DNA of 53,394 bases from Bacteroidia bacterium (GTDB lineage Bacteria; Bacteroidota; Bacteroidia; SXHM01), in the NCBI GenBank assembly GCA_020054035.1, contig JAGVLY010000049.1, positions 1-53,394 of the forward strand. Direction: 5' to 3'. Shown here piece after piece: positions 1 through 11,156 of this stretch (positions within the stretch are counted from its first letter, which is position 1; the number at the start of each line of letters is the position of its first letter). The notes beneath the pieces were generated by a model that made no database searches, was not told where the DNA came from, and saw nothing but the letters and a program-made list of their open reading frames with translations. The translations under genes were made by a program, and so were the position numbers.

Positions 1-1
1 C

Positions 2-2488
2 TGTGACGGAACAGGAACAGTTACCATTACACCAACAGGCGGTATTGGTCCTTATACCTATTTGTGGAGCCCCGGAGGCGAAACCACCTCCGGTCTTAAC
101 AACCTGCCTGCGGGCACTTATACCTATGTTGTAAATGATGCCTTTTGCCGCACCTACACAGGAACAGCAACAATCAGTGCCAACCCCGTAACAACATTCA
201 GTGCGGCAAGCGGAGTTGGGAACGATGTGTTGGTAAACGGTGTTTGCACCAATGTAGCTGCGCAGTTTACGGATAACTCCACTGCTTCATCGGGAAGTAT
301 AACAACATGGGACTGGGACTTTGGTGACGGAGCAACGGATAACACCCAAAACCCTTCGCACACATTTACCACTGACGGAACCTATAACATTTCACTCATT
401 ACCGTTACCGATGAAGGCTGCACCGATACTACGATTGTTCCTGTTACCGTGCATCCCTTGCCGGTGGCAGGTTTTACTGCTACCGATGAGTGCCTGAACG
501 TTGCCAATACGTTTACAGATGCCTCCACCGTTTCTTCGGGTACTATTGCTGCATGGGACTGGGATTTTGGCGACAGCAATACTTCGGTTACGCAAAGTCC
601 CACCAACACCTATGCTGCTGACGGAACCTACACCGTAACACTCAACGTTACTTCTGACCAAGGCTGTAACAATGCAACCGCTTTTACCGACAATGTTATT
701 GTCTATCCTTTGCCGGTTGCAGATTTTACCACCACTGCTTTTTGTCCGAATGTGCAGGGTAGTTTTACTAATCAGAGTAACGTTTCATCAGGCTCTGTTA
801 CCGGTTGGACTTATGACTTTGATGATGGTTCTGCAACAAGTAATCAGCAGAATCCAACACATACTTATACTTCATCAACTACTTACAATGTGAATCTTTC
901 GGTATCAAGCAACAATGGCTGCCTGCACGATACAACCAAAGCAGTTTTTGTAAACCCTACTCCTGTTGCCGAGTTCTCTGCAACCGATGTGTGTGTTACT
1001 GCGCCCAACGTTTTTACCGACCTTTCATCGGTTGCCAATCCTTCTGTAATCACGGATTGGGCATGGGATGTACTGGACAACGGCAGCACCGAATACACCA
1101 CTCAAAATGCTTCGCACACTTTTCCTGCTGACGGAACATTTGATGTATTGCTTTCTGTTACTTCAACAGGCGGCTGCACCGATGATACCTTGTTATCCGT
1201 AACCGTTTTTCCGGGTGCGGAGGCTGACTTTGCAGCAACAGATGAATGTATGAATGTGCCCAACGTGTTCAGCGACCAGAGCACGGTTACCTCCGGAACC
1301 ATTACCAACTGGAACTGGACTTTTGGTGATGGTGCAAACGACAATACTCAAAACCCAACGCATACCTATGCTGCTGACGGCACCCGCACCGTAACGCTTA
1401 CCGTTACCTCCGACAACGGCTGCACCAGCACGTTTTCTGCGCCCGTAATTGTTTATCCATTGCCGGTGGCTGACTTTACAGGCACTGCCGTTTGCGAAGG
1501 ACTGGCAACAGTTTTCACTGACAACAGCACCGTAACATCGGGAAACATTGCAACATGGAATTGGAACTTTGGTGATGCAACAATTGCATCCGCTCAAAGT
1601 CCTTCGCACAGCTATTTGGCAGCAGGAACTTATACTGTTCAACTGAATATTGTGAGCAATCAGGGTTGTTTGGATAGTGTTACAAAACCCGTAACGGTGC
1701 ATCCGTTACCGGTGGTTGATTTTGAAGCAGTACCCGATGCAGACTGCATGCCGCTTACGGTTGCGCTGAATGACCTGAGCAGTATTGCCACCGGCAACAA
1801 CATTGCATGGGACTGGAAAATTGAAAACCTATTTTCGGCTTCACAGCAAAACACTACTTACACGCTGGAAAATGCCAGTCTTTACGATGTTACATTAACC
1901 GTTACTTCCGATATGGGTTGTGCTACCACACTTACCCGCAGTGATTTTATTACTGTCCATCCAAAACCCTTTCCTGAGTTTGCCTTTACGCCAACGGTTA
2001 CCGAAATTCTGTATCCCGAAATTACGTTCACTGACCTTTCGGGCGGAGCGCCTGTTGCCTGGAACTGGGATTTTGGTACGGGTGATGTTTCAACAGTTCA
2101 AAACCCTGTTTACAGCTATGCCGACACCGGAATATTTACAGTTACCTTAGAGGTGCTTAATCAGTTTGGTTGTAGCGATACTATAGAGCATACGCTTGTT
2201 ATACTGCCATCATTTACTATTTATGTGCCCAATGCCTTTACACCTGACGGCAACGGGGTAAACGATGTGTTTATGCCAGAAGGCATTGGCTGGACAGATT
2301 ATGAGCTGCGCATCTTCAGCCGCTGGGGTGCACAGGTATTTGAAAGTTTTGACCCTACGGTAGGGTGGGATGGAAGCATCCGCGGTAAAGAACAAGCACC
2401 AATCGGTGTTTATGTTTGGCGCATTTTTGTACGCGATAATCATAAACGCAAACAGGACTTTATCGGGAATGTAACACTGGTGAGGTAA
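2..2488 (+). CDS. Surface adhesin-like protein with SprB-type and PKD-like repeats and a C-terminal T9SS type B (gliding-motility C-terminal) sorting domain; N-terminus lies outside the window
   Basis: The frame is open from nt 2 (CDGTGTVTITPTGGIGPYTYLWSPGG is an SprB-type repeat), so the M at 62 is not the true start. The body is tandem ~85-aa units, each with W(D/N)W(D/N)FGDG...QNP.H.Y. The C-terminus YVPNAFTPDGNGVNDVFMPEG...GVYVWRI fits the T9SS type B domain. Confidence 0.85.
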   Translation, partial: CDGTGTVTITPTGGIGPYTYLWSPGGETTSGLNNLPAGTYTYVVNDAFCRTYTGTATISANPVTTFSAASGVGNDVLVNGVCTNVAAQFTDNSTASSGSITTWDWDFGDGATDNTQNPSHTFTTDGTYNISLITVTDEGCTDTTIVPVTVHPLPVAGFTATDECLNVANTFTDASTVSSGTIAAWDWDFGDSNTSVTQSPTNTYAADGTYTVTLNVTSDQGCNNATAFTDNVIVYPLPVADFTTTAFCPNVQGSFTNQSNVSSGSVTGWTYDFDDGSATSNQQNPTHTYTSSTTYNVNLSVSSNNGCLHDTTKAVFVNPTPVAEFSATDVCVTAPNVFTDLSSVANPSVITDWAWDVLDNGSTEYTTQNASHTFPADGTFDVLLSVTSTGGCTDDTLLSVTVFPGAEADFAATDECMNVPNVFSDQSTVTSGTITNWNWTFGDGANDNTQNPTHTYAADGTRTVTLTVTSDNGCTSTFSAPVIVYPLPVADFTGTAVCEGLATVFTDNSTVTSGNIATWNWNFGDATIASAQSPSHSYLAAGTYTVQLNIVSNQGCLDSVTKPVTVHPLPVVDFEAVPDADCMPLTVALNDLSSIATGNNIAWDWKIENLFSASQQNTTYTLENASLYDVTLTVTSDMGCATTLTRSDFITVHPKPFPEFAFTPTVTEILYPEITFTDLSGGAPVAWNWDFGTGDVSTVQNPVYSYADTGIFTVTLEVLNQFGCSDTIEHTLVILPSFTIYVPNAFTPDGNGVNDVFMPEGIGWTDYELRIFSRWGAQVFESFDPTVGWDGSIRGKEQAPIGVYVWRIFVRDNHKRKQDFIGNVTLVR

Positions 2489-2494
2489 TTACCT

Positions 2495-5400
2495 TTACCT
2501 TAATAATGTCACGCTTCCCATCGTACTGCGTTGCCCGTTTTCATAGAGCTTGCCTTCCCATAGCCTTCCGTTTCCGAAGCGGGCTATAATATGCCATACA
2601 TAAGCATTCTGCGGAAGGAGCTCACCTTTATGAATACCGTTCCAGCCTTCAACAGGTTGTCCGTTTTCTAATTTGTTGGTTTCAAAAAGCAGGTTACCCC
2701 AAGTATCAAATATCTGTAGGGTGTAGGTTTTTAAGCCGGTGCCTTTTGGCAGAAAAATATTGTAGCCGTCTTCACCCTGCGGGATAAAAGCATTAGGAAC
2801 CCACAGCCCGCTGAAGAAATCAACAAAGATGTTGTATGCTGCAGTGTCAATACATCCGCGTGCATCGGTAACAATTAATGAAACAGGATAGGAGCCATAG
2901 TTGCCAAATTGGTGGGTAGGGTTGGGTTCATTAGAACTGCTGCCATCACCAAAGTTCCAATGGGTGCTTATAACTGGTGAACTCAGATTGGTAAATTCGG
3001 TTGTGCCGTCAATGTTGGGTTCGTTTATAACATGGTAATCAAATGCGGCAGTGGGGTTTTCAAAAACGGTAATGATGTTGGCATACGAAACTGAATCGAT
3101 ACAACCGCCCTGACCTACAACCGTTAAACTAACACCATATATGCCGGGGTCAGTGTATATAGTGGTAGGATTTACTTCTGTGCTGCTGCTGCCATCGTTA
3201 AACGTCCAGTTATAGGTCACTGCATTTTCAGTTAAACCACTATCAAACGTAATACTCAAAGGCTGACAACCTTCTGTTGCCGATACGCTGAAATCAGCAC
3301 GAGGAATAGGATATACATTGTAAATAGCAGACGAAGTATCAGAGCAGCCAAACTGGTTGGTGACCATCAGTGTTATGGAATATGTTCCGGATGTATCGTA
3401 CACAACAGAAGGATTAACAGCCGCAGAACTATCACCATTTCCAAATGTCCAATCGTAAATAGTTGCACCTGTTGAAGAGTTGCTGAAGCCAATGGTAACA
3501 GGGTAGGTGCAGGATGAATCACTATTAGCTGCAAAGCTGCTGACAGGTGTAGGGAAAATGGTAGTTGAACCCGAAGTGGAGTCAACGCAACCAAAGTCGG
3601 ATGTGGTTAACAACGTAACGGTATAAGTGCCCGGTGCAGCATAAACCTGTGTAGGGTTTTGTTGATTAGAAGTATTTCCGTTCCCAAATGTCCATTGATA
3701 ATTTGCAATGCTTTCGCTGTTGATGGTAGTGCTGTCGCTGAACACACTTACTTGAGTAATACAGACATCTTCAACGCTGAAGTCGGCCACCGGCAGGGAA
3801 TGAATGGTTACTGTTTGCGCAGTGCTGTCGCTGCAACTTCCGTTGCCGGTAACAACCAAACTTACTGTAAATGTTGAATCGATTGCATAAAAGTGTTCAA
3901 CATCCGGTGTGAAGAAAACAGTTCCGTCACTCATAGTCCAGTTCCAGGAAGTGATGTTGCCGGTAGCAATGGTACTCAGGTCGGTGAAAATGCTGGTATC
4001 GTTCAGACAAACATCGGGTGCACTGAAGGCTGCCACAGGATTGGAATTAACAACCACATTGGTCGTAAATGTATTGTCGCAGCCGTTGGTGGTTGCCACA
4101 TATAATTCAACGGAATAGGTTCCGCCTTGTAAATAAAGGTGTGCAGGATTTTGTAATTGCGAAATAGTGCCGTCACCTAAATCCCATTGCCATGTAACAA
4201 TGCTGTCGCCACCGTTCAATGAAAGGTCGGTAAAGAAAGTAGTATCACCTGCGCAAACGGTGTTGAAATTAAAAGCTGCCGTGGCGGTATTGCCTACGGT
4301 AACGGTAACTGAATCGGTGTTAGAGCAATCGCCATCTGTTACAGTAACATAGTACATGGTAGTAGCCGAAGGTGATACCATAGGATTTGCAATATTAGGA
4401 TTGCTCAGTCCCGTTGTCGGATTCCATGCATAGATGGTTCCGCCCGTTGCCGCTAATTGCGCTGAATCTCCCCCGCAAACACTAACATCGTTTCCGGCAT
4501 CTACTGAAAGAGGCGAAACGGTTATGTTTCCTGTTCCCGGTATTACAAAGCTGCACCCGTTGGCATCCTGTAAAATAAGAGAAGGAAAGAAACTTCCTGA
4601 TTGGGTGTATTGATGTGCTGCTGTTTGTCCGTTGCCCAGGTTACCGTCACCAAAATCCCAGGTATAGGTTGTGGCATTGCTTGAAGCGGCATCAAAGGTT
4701 ACCGTAAAAGGAAGGCAGCCTGCCGAGTCCGGTTGAAACGAAAATGTTCCGGATGGTCCTGAAAGGTTGATGATGCCGGGCATTAACACAGTATCGGTAC
4801 AACCAAATGAATTGGTAACAACCAAGGTAACATCAAATAAACCAGGCAGGGTGTAAACGTGTGAAGGGTTTTGAATGGTGGAGAATGAACCATCACCAAA
4901 GAACCATTGCCATGCTACAATATTAGTAGCCGAAAGATCCGTGAAGTTCACCAGCAGCGGAGGGCAAAATGCAACCGTAGGAAAAGCGGAGAACGATGCA
5001 GTAGGTTCTTCAATGGTAATGTAATTCAGTATGGTAGCTGTGCTGTCGCAGCCATTGCTGTTGGCAGCAGAAAGCGAAACGGTATAAACACCGGGTGTTG
5101 TATAGGTATGTGTTGGCATGGTGTCAGTTGAAGTAGTGCCATCACCAAAATCCCACACAAAACTTACTGCATCTGGCGAAGACATATTGTTGAAGGTGAT
5201 AGGCTCGCCCGGACAAGCCTGACTTTGCCATGCCAGAAAATCAGGAGTAGGGTAGGGAATGTAGTTCACAAAATCGAACATCAGGTTGGAGTTGGTACAA
5301 CCTGCATCGTCAGTGATGGTTATTGAAACATCGTAAGCTCCTGCATTCTGATAAATATGTATTGGGTTTTGCTGGGTTGATGATGTTCCATCGCCAAAAT

Positions 5401-7837
5401 CCCAATTCCATGACAGTACACTTCCTGCCGGTGTAGAAATATCGTTGAACTGAACTACCAATGAATCGCAGCCCGCTGTTGATGTAATTTCCAATCCGGG
5501 AATAGAACCGGTTACCATTACCATATCAGAGTTAGTAAGAGTATCCGTGCAACCATTCATGTCAGTAACAATAAGTGAAACGTTATAAGGCCCCTGATTA
5601 ATAAATTGGTGGGTAGGATTTTGATCGGTTGAGGTTGAACCATCGCTGAAATTCCAATTCCAGGCAACAGCATCGGTTGAGTTATCAGTGAAATTAACGG
5701 TAAGCGGTCCGCAGCCCGAAGAGTTTGCTGCCGTAAAATTTGCAAGAGGGTCGGTAATGGTAAAGTTCTCAACTTCTGAATGGACGCAGGAAGTGGTGTC
5801 GTTGGTAACGGTTAGCGTCACCTCGTAATACCCCGGAAGCGCATAGGTGTGTGTTGGTTCAAATACGGTTGAAGTGGGGCTTCCGTCACCAAAATTCCAT
5901 AAGTAAGTATTTGCAGCAATGGAGTTGTTATCCAAGGCAATGGTGTAAGGGTCGCTGCAATTCAATACAGGCTCAAACTCGGCAACGGCAGGACGTACAT
6001 ATATGTAGTTGAAAAAAGTAATGGTATCGGTGCAACCGTTATTTAGTGCAATGAGGGTAATGCTGAAATATCCAGTATCAAAAAATGAGTGAACCGGATT
6101 TTGTTCAGTAGAAAAAGTACCGTCACCAAAATCCCAGCTCCAGTCAGTAGCTTCTGTAGAAAGATCTGTAAACTGAATGTCTTCTCCCGCACAAACAAAA
6201 TTAGGAGTTCCTGTAAAATTAGCTCCCGGAGGCGTATAGGCGAAAATAATGTTGGGGCGCACCAATGTATCAATGCAACCGTCAGCATTTTCAATAATGA
6301 GGGTAATGGTATAAAGCCCTGTATCGGTATACGTATGGGAAGGGTTTTGTAGGGTTGAAGTTGTTCCGTCATCATAATCCCATTGCCACGAGGTGATGGG
6401 GCTTCCCGAAGTGCTCAGGTCGCTGAAGTTTATGGTAAGTGGCAGACAGAAACCATATACATCCGGCTCAAAGTCAGCAACGGTCTCATTCAACTGAATG
6501 TATTGTGTTTGGGTATTGGTAACGCTGCATCCCGTAGTGTTGGTAACGGTAAGCGAAACATCATAATTTCCAAACGAAGTATAGGTGATTGTTGGGTTCT
6601 GAAGTCCTGAAAAATTTCCGTCCCCTAAATTCCAGAGGTAAGTGAAAGGGCTCGTTCCGGTTGAGTTATCAGTGAAGTTTACAGTAAAGGGCAGCTGACA
6701 ACCGCTTGTTACATCGGAGTTGAAACTAACGGCAGGAGCATCGGCTACCGTGATGTAGTTCGTTTGTAATAAAGTATCGCTGCAATTGCCGGTATAGCCT
6801 GCTATGAGGCGAACAGAATAAGTTCCAGGTGTGGTATAAACATGTGAAGGGTTTTGGTCGGTTGAGGTTTGTCCGTCACCAAAACTCCAGAGCCAGGTTG
6901 CAGGAGGAGGGCTTGTTAAGTCGGTGAAATTTACAGGAGTATTGGCACATACGTTTGTATTCGGAACGCTGAAATCAACATTCACTGTTTCTACAACAGT
7001 AATGTAATTGGTTTGTGTGGAAGTAGCCGAGCAGCCAATCGGGTCGGTAGCGGTAAGTGTTACTGTATAAACGCCTCCTGCTATGTAAGTATGATTTGGG
7101 TTGGCAGCAGTTGAGGTTCCCGCATCACCAAAACTCCATTGATAGCTAAGCGCACCTGTTCCCGATGAGGTATTGGTGAAATTTACACTTTGCGGTACAT
7201 CGCAGCTGAATAGGGGAGTAGCCGTAAACCCCACCGTTGGGAAACTTCCTCCAACACTGATGTAATTATTCTGGGTAAGCTGGGTAAAGCATCCGTTGGC
7301 ATCGGTAAGCAGCAGGGTAACATTGAAGCTGCCCGCATTCGGGTAGGTATGCGCAGGGTTCTGGTCGGTGCTTACGGTTCCGTCACCAAAATCCCATATC
7401 CACGAGGTGATGGGCGCTGAGCCGGGAACAGAAAGGTCGTTGAACTGAACAGGCAGGGGAAAGCAGCCTTGGGTATCATCTGCCGAAAAATTGGCTACGG
7501 GCGGAGCAAAAACCTCAATATAATCCACTTTGGTTTCGGTATCGGTGCTGCTGCCGTTGCTAACGGTAAGCGTTACGGTATATAGCCCTGGTGTGATGTA
7601 AGTAGCCGAAGGGCTGGTAGAAGTAGAGGTATTACCATTACCAAGGTTCCAAGAGTAGGTAAGGGTTCCGCTGCCGGTACTCAGGTTATTGAACTGTACG
7701 ATGAGCGGACCGCAGCCATCGGTATTGATGGTGGTGAAATCTGCGGTTACCTGTGCAAACGAAAATTGTGCAATAAAAACGGAAAGGACTGCGAGGTATA
7801 AGTTCTTTTTCAACAAGCTTTGTTTTAGATATAGCAA
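2495..7837 (-). CDS. Giant PKD-repeat surface protein with signal peptide and C-terminal T9SS type B sorting domain
   Basis: 1780-aa ORF. The N-terminus KKNLYLAVLSVFIAQFSFAQ is a signal peptide. About 20 tandem units carry W.(W/F)(D/N)FGDG...QNP.H.Y. The C-terminus LWVPNAFIPQGEDGYNIFLPKG...NAYVWHI fits the sorting domain. The track start is TTG; the true start may be one of the in-frame TTG codons about 24-27 nt downstream. Confidence 0.9.
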   Translation of the reverse strand: MLYLKQSLLKKNLYLAVLSVFIAQFSFAQVTADFTTINTDGCGPLIVQFNNLSTGSGTLTYSWNLGNGNTSTSTSPSATYITPGLYTVTLTVSNGSSTDTETKVDYIEVFAPPVANFSADDTQGCFPLPVQFNDLSVPGSAPITSWIWDFGDGTVSTDQNPAHTYPNAGSFNVTLLLTDANGCFTQLTQNNYISVGGSFPTVGFTATPLFSCDVPQSVNFTNTSSGTGALSYQWSFGDAGTSTAANPNHTYIAGGVYTVTLTATDPIGCSATSTQTNYITVVETVNVDFSVPNTNVCANTPVNFTDLTSPPPATWLWSFGDGQTSTDQNPSHVYTTPGTYSVRLIAGYTGNCSDTLLQTNYITVADAPAVSFNSDVTSGCQLPFTVNFTDNSTGTSPFTYLWNLGDGNFSGLQNPTITYTSFGNYDVSLTVTNTTGCSVTNTQTQYIQLNETVADFEPDVYGFCLPLTINFSDLSTSGSPITSWQWDYDDGTTSTLQNPSHTYTDTGLYTITLIIENADGCIDTLVRPNIIFAYTPPGANFTGTPNFVCAGEDIQFTDLSTEATDWSWDFGDGTFSTEQNPVHSFFDTGYFSITLIALNNGCTDTITFFNYIYVRPAVAEFEPVLNCSDPYTIALDNNSIAANTYLWNFGDGSPTSTVFEPTHTYALPGYYEVTLTVTNDTTSCVHSEVENFTITDPLANFTAANSSGCGPLTVNFTDNSTDAVAWNWNFSDGSTSTDQNPTHQFINQGPYNVSLIVTDMNGCTDTLTNSDMVMVTGSIPGLEITSTAGCDSLVVQFNDISTPAGSVLSWNWDFGDGTSSTQQNPIHIYQNAGAYDVSITITDDAGCTNSNLMFDFVNYIPYPTPDFLAWQSQACPGEPITFNNMSSPDAVSFVWDFGDGTTSTDTMPTHTYTTPGVYTVSLSAANSNGCDSTATILNYITIEEPTASFSAFPTVAFCPPLLVNFTDLSATNIVAWQWFFGDGSFSTIQNPSHVYTLPGLFDVTLVVTNSFGCTDTVLMPGIINLSGPSGTFSFQPDSAGCLPFTVTFDAASSNATTYTWDFGDGNLGNGQTAAHQYTQSGSFFPSLILQDANGCSFVIPGTGNITVSPLSVDAGNDVSVCGGDSAQLAATGGTIYAWNPTTGLSNPNIANPMVSPSATTMYYVTVTDGDCSNTDSVTVTVGNTATAAFNFNTVCAGDTTFFTDLSLNGGDSIVTWQWDLGDGTISQLQNPAHLYLQGGTYSVELYVATTNGCDNTFTTNVVVNSNPVAAFSAPDVCLNDTSIFTDLSTIATGNITSWNWTMSDGTVFFTPDVEHFYAIDSTFTVSLVVTGNGSCSDSTAQTVTIHSLPVADFSVEDVCITQVSVFSDSTTINSESIANYQWTFGNGNTSNQQNPTQVYAAPGTYTVTLLTTSDFGCVDSTSGSTTIFPTPVSSFAANSDSSCTYPVTIGFSNSSTGATIYDWTFGNGDSSAAVNPSVVYDTSGTYSITLMVTNQFGCSDTSSAIYNVYPIPRADFSVSATEGCQPLSITFDSGLTENAVTYNWTFNDGSSSTEVNPTTIYTDPGIYGVSLTVVGQGGCIDSVSYANIITVFENPTAAFDYHVINEPNIDGTTEFTNLSSPVISTHWNFGDGSSSNEPNPTHQFGNYGSYPVSLIVTDARGCIDTAAYNIFVDFFSGLWVPNAFIPQGEDGYNIFLPKGTGLKTYTLQIFDTWGNLLFETNKLENGQPVEGWNGIHKGELLPQNAYVWHIIARFGNGRLWEGKLYENGQRSTMGSVTLLR

Positions 7838-7943
7838 AGCTATACGAAAAAACAGGAATTAGGTTTTTGGGCGGGTATTAGTAGTAGTTTTTAACAAAAA
7901 AACTTATTCTTGGAAGTCCCTGAATGATGGAGAGAAGCCCCTC

Positions 7944-7985
7944 TGTGATGGAGGCAAATGCCTTTGTGATGGAGGCAAATGCCTT
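7944..7985. repeat. Perfect 21-bp tandem duplication TGTGATGGAGGCAAATGCCTT x2, followed by a partial third copy
   Basis: Read directly: 7944-7964 and 7965-7985 are identical. TGTGAT recurs at 7986 and a related TGATGGAGAG at 7925. It lies between two minus-strand genes, upstream of the 2495..7837 start. Confidence 0.85.
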
Positions 7986-8011
7986 TGTGATTCGGGGAAG
8001 ATGGATTTTGC

Positions 8012-9082
8012 TTAATCGTTCTCTTGACGAAAGCCGAGTGCGCCTGTATAATCTCCCGCTTTAAGCTCGGTAACAGATTTAACGCTCAGGCTTTTATTTA
8101 CAACCGAGTTGCTGGTGCGTGAGGAAAAAATACCCAGTCCGTTTTCAATATTGGTGTAAACAGGCTTGTCAAGCAATACACCCGATGCAGCGGGTTTGTT
8201 TATTTCAATGTAGTTGTAAAGTTCTTCGCCACCCACGTTAATGAACACATCAATATGGTCGTCACTGTTGCCATCGGGTTCGGTATCAACAAGGCCTTTG
8301 CCTATTAAGCGGGTATAATCAGCAGAAGGTAATGCTCCAACCACAGAACCTACATAGCTGTAAAAATTTTCGCCTTCCAGATTGATTTGTATAAGACTCT
8401 CGTTAGGGTCTGCCACATACTGGCTTTGCTTCCAGGTAACGCTGTGTTGTGTGGTGTCATTGGTAACAAGGTTTACCTCGCGGTAATAGAATACTATTGT
8501 TACTTCATACACTTTTCCGTTTCCGGCCGGTGCAAATTTTACGCTGTAGCTGCTATAGGCATCGTTGTTACCTATAAAGCTTACTTTGCTTTGGGGTGAT
8601 GCGCTGGGCTGTGAAATGCTGAATGATTTTACAATGGGTGTTTCAGCCGTTACAACATTCCCTGAAGCCTCATTAATTACTTTTATTTTGTATAGTTTAG
8701 TTTGGTCAAGGGTTTCAGTTGTTTTCCAGAGTTTTTGTAATGGATTTCCTTCATCACCGAAAATTGCATTCGTATCATTTTCCAAGCTAATGGTTGTTTC
8801 TTCAAGTAAAAAGGAATCGACTGCTGTTCCGCTTTCGGTAAGTTCAATTAGTCTTACTGTCAGGCTATCGTAGTTGATAGAATCATTCTCCTGTGCCATA
8901 ATAAAAGCATCTTCATCGCCCAAAAAAGCTTTGTTTATGCGGATGTAATGTGTGGCATCGTTTTTATTTAAAATACCATAAACAACGGCAATTTCTTTCC
9001 AGTCGCCCGAAACATCAAAATCGGTTTCGCACGAAGAGAGAAGTATAAAAAGTGGACAGAGGAGAAGTATGATTTTTTTCAT
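8012..9082 (-). CDS. Lipoprotein of unknown function (possibly DUF4249-like)
   Basis: The internal ATG at 9082 gives MKKIILLLCPLFILLSSC, a lipoprotein signal peptide with lipobox Cys. The longer track ORF (to 9202) would run through the upstream terminator hairpin, so I chose the shorter start. The family assignment is from memory only. Confidence 0.75.
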   Translation of the reverse strand: MKKIILLLCPLFILLSSCETDFDVSGDWKEIAVVYGILNKNDATHYIRINKAFLGDEDAFIMAQENDSINYDSLTVRLIELTESGTAVDSFLLEETTISLENDTNAIFGDEGNPLQKLWKTTETLDQTKLYKIKVINEASGNVVTAETPIVKSFSISQPSASPQSKVSFIGNNDAYSSYSVKFAPAGNGKVYEVTIVFYYREVNLVTNDTTQHSVTWKQSQYVADPNESLIQINLEGENFYSYVGSVVGALPSADYTRLIGKGLVDTEPDGNSDDHIDVFINVGGEELYNYIEINKPAASGVLLDKPVYTNIENGLGIFSSRTSNSVVNKSLSVKSVTELKAGDYTGALGFRQEND

Positions 9083-9129
9083 GGAGCGCAAATGTATGTA
9101 AAAAGAGCGCAACGATGCGGTTAAAAAAT

Positions 9130-9179
9130 CAGGATAAATATACAAGCCTGCCCATCGGCAGGCTTGTATATTTATCCTG
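9130..9179 (-). terminator. Rho-independent terminator of the collagen-like gene
   Basis: Perfect 23-bp inverted repeat (9130-9152 and 9157-9179) with the 4-nt loop CATC. It starts 7 nt after the stop at 9186 and is followed on the minus strand by ATTTTTTAA. Confidence 0.8.
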
Positions 9180-9185
9180 ACAAAT

Positions 9186-10166
<981 letters not shown>

Positions 10167-10287
10167 AGAGAGGTGGTATTAGGTTTAGGTATTGTTGAGA
10201 ATTTAGAATTCATCAGAACAAATATATGAAAATTGGTTACCCCAAGCTCTGTTCTTAACTATACTTAAAATTACAGTGACTAAATAC

Positions 10288-11049
10288 TTATATCGTTTTC
10301 ACAATCGCTACAAATTCTTCGGCTTTTAACGAAGCGCCACCTATCAATCCGCCATCAATATCAGCTTGCGAAAAAATCTCCTTAGCATTTTTTGCATTGC
10401 AGCTTCCGCCATAAAGAATAGAAATATCGTTTGCTACTTCTTTGCCAAATTTCTCTGCAACCAGACTGCGGATATAAGCGTGCATTTCCTGTGCCTGTTG
10501 CGGAGTTGCATTTTGTCCGGTTCCTATTGCCCACACAGGTTCGTAAGCAATAACCACATGTGAAATATCAACTGCATTTATTTTTAGTAATGAATTTTGC
10601 AGTTGTGATTTTACCGCATCAAGATGTTTGCCGCTGTTACGTTGTTCCAGCGTTTCGCCAAAACACATAATAGGTCGAAGACCAACATCTAATGCTGCTT
10701 CGGATTTGGCAAGCACCAATGCATCAGTTTCATTAAAATATTGTCTGCGTTCCGAATGGCCTACTATTACATATTTAACACCAAGGTCAAACAGCATATC
10801 AGAAGAAACCTCGCCTGTAAAAGCACCTGATTTCTCCGAATGACAATCCTGCGCGGCAAGATGGATAACGCCTTCCTTATTAATTAACTCACATATCGGA
10901 TGCAACGAAGTAAAGGGTGGAGCAATAATAACCTTTACATGATCTGCAGGATTTTCTTTCAGCAAATCAATAATACGGAATGTGAGTGCTAACCCCTCTT
11001 GCAGAGTGTTGTTCATTTTCCAGTTTCCGGCAACTATTTTTTTTCGCAT
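10288..11049 (-). CDS. tpiA: Triose-phosphate isomerase
   Basis: Contains MRKKIVAGNWKMN, VIVGHSERR, AYEPVWAIGTG and GGASL, the canonical TIM motifs. Length is 253 aa. Confidence 0.95.
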   Translation of the reverse strand: MRKKIVAGNWKMNNTLQEGLALTFRIIDLLKENPADHVKVIIAPPFTSLHPICELINKEGVIHLAAQDCHSEKSGAFTGEVSSDMLFDLGVKYVIVGHSERRQYFNETDALVLAKSEAALDVGLRPIMCFGETLEQRNSGKHLDAVKSQLQNSLLKINAVDISHVVIAYEPVWAIGTGQNATPQQAQEMHAYIRSLVAEKFGKEVANDISILYGGSCNAKNAKEIFSQADIDGGLIGGASLKAEEFVAIVKTI

Positions 11050-11156
11050 GGGGAGAAAATTAAAAGATTAATAGATTGTAAAGATTAAAAAGATTATTGA
11101 AAAATAAGCAGGATTGAATTTTGTAATTTTTCCAACCTTCCAATCATTTCAATACA

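Noticed and set aside
154-7837. Many 60-170-aa ORFs on both strands inside the two PKD-repeat genes (for example 1193..1702, 6043..6375, 3893..4105).
   Set aside because: They are frame artefacts of long, compositionally biased repeat genes and are fully contained in the 808-aa and 1780-aa ORFs.
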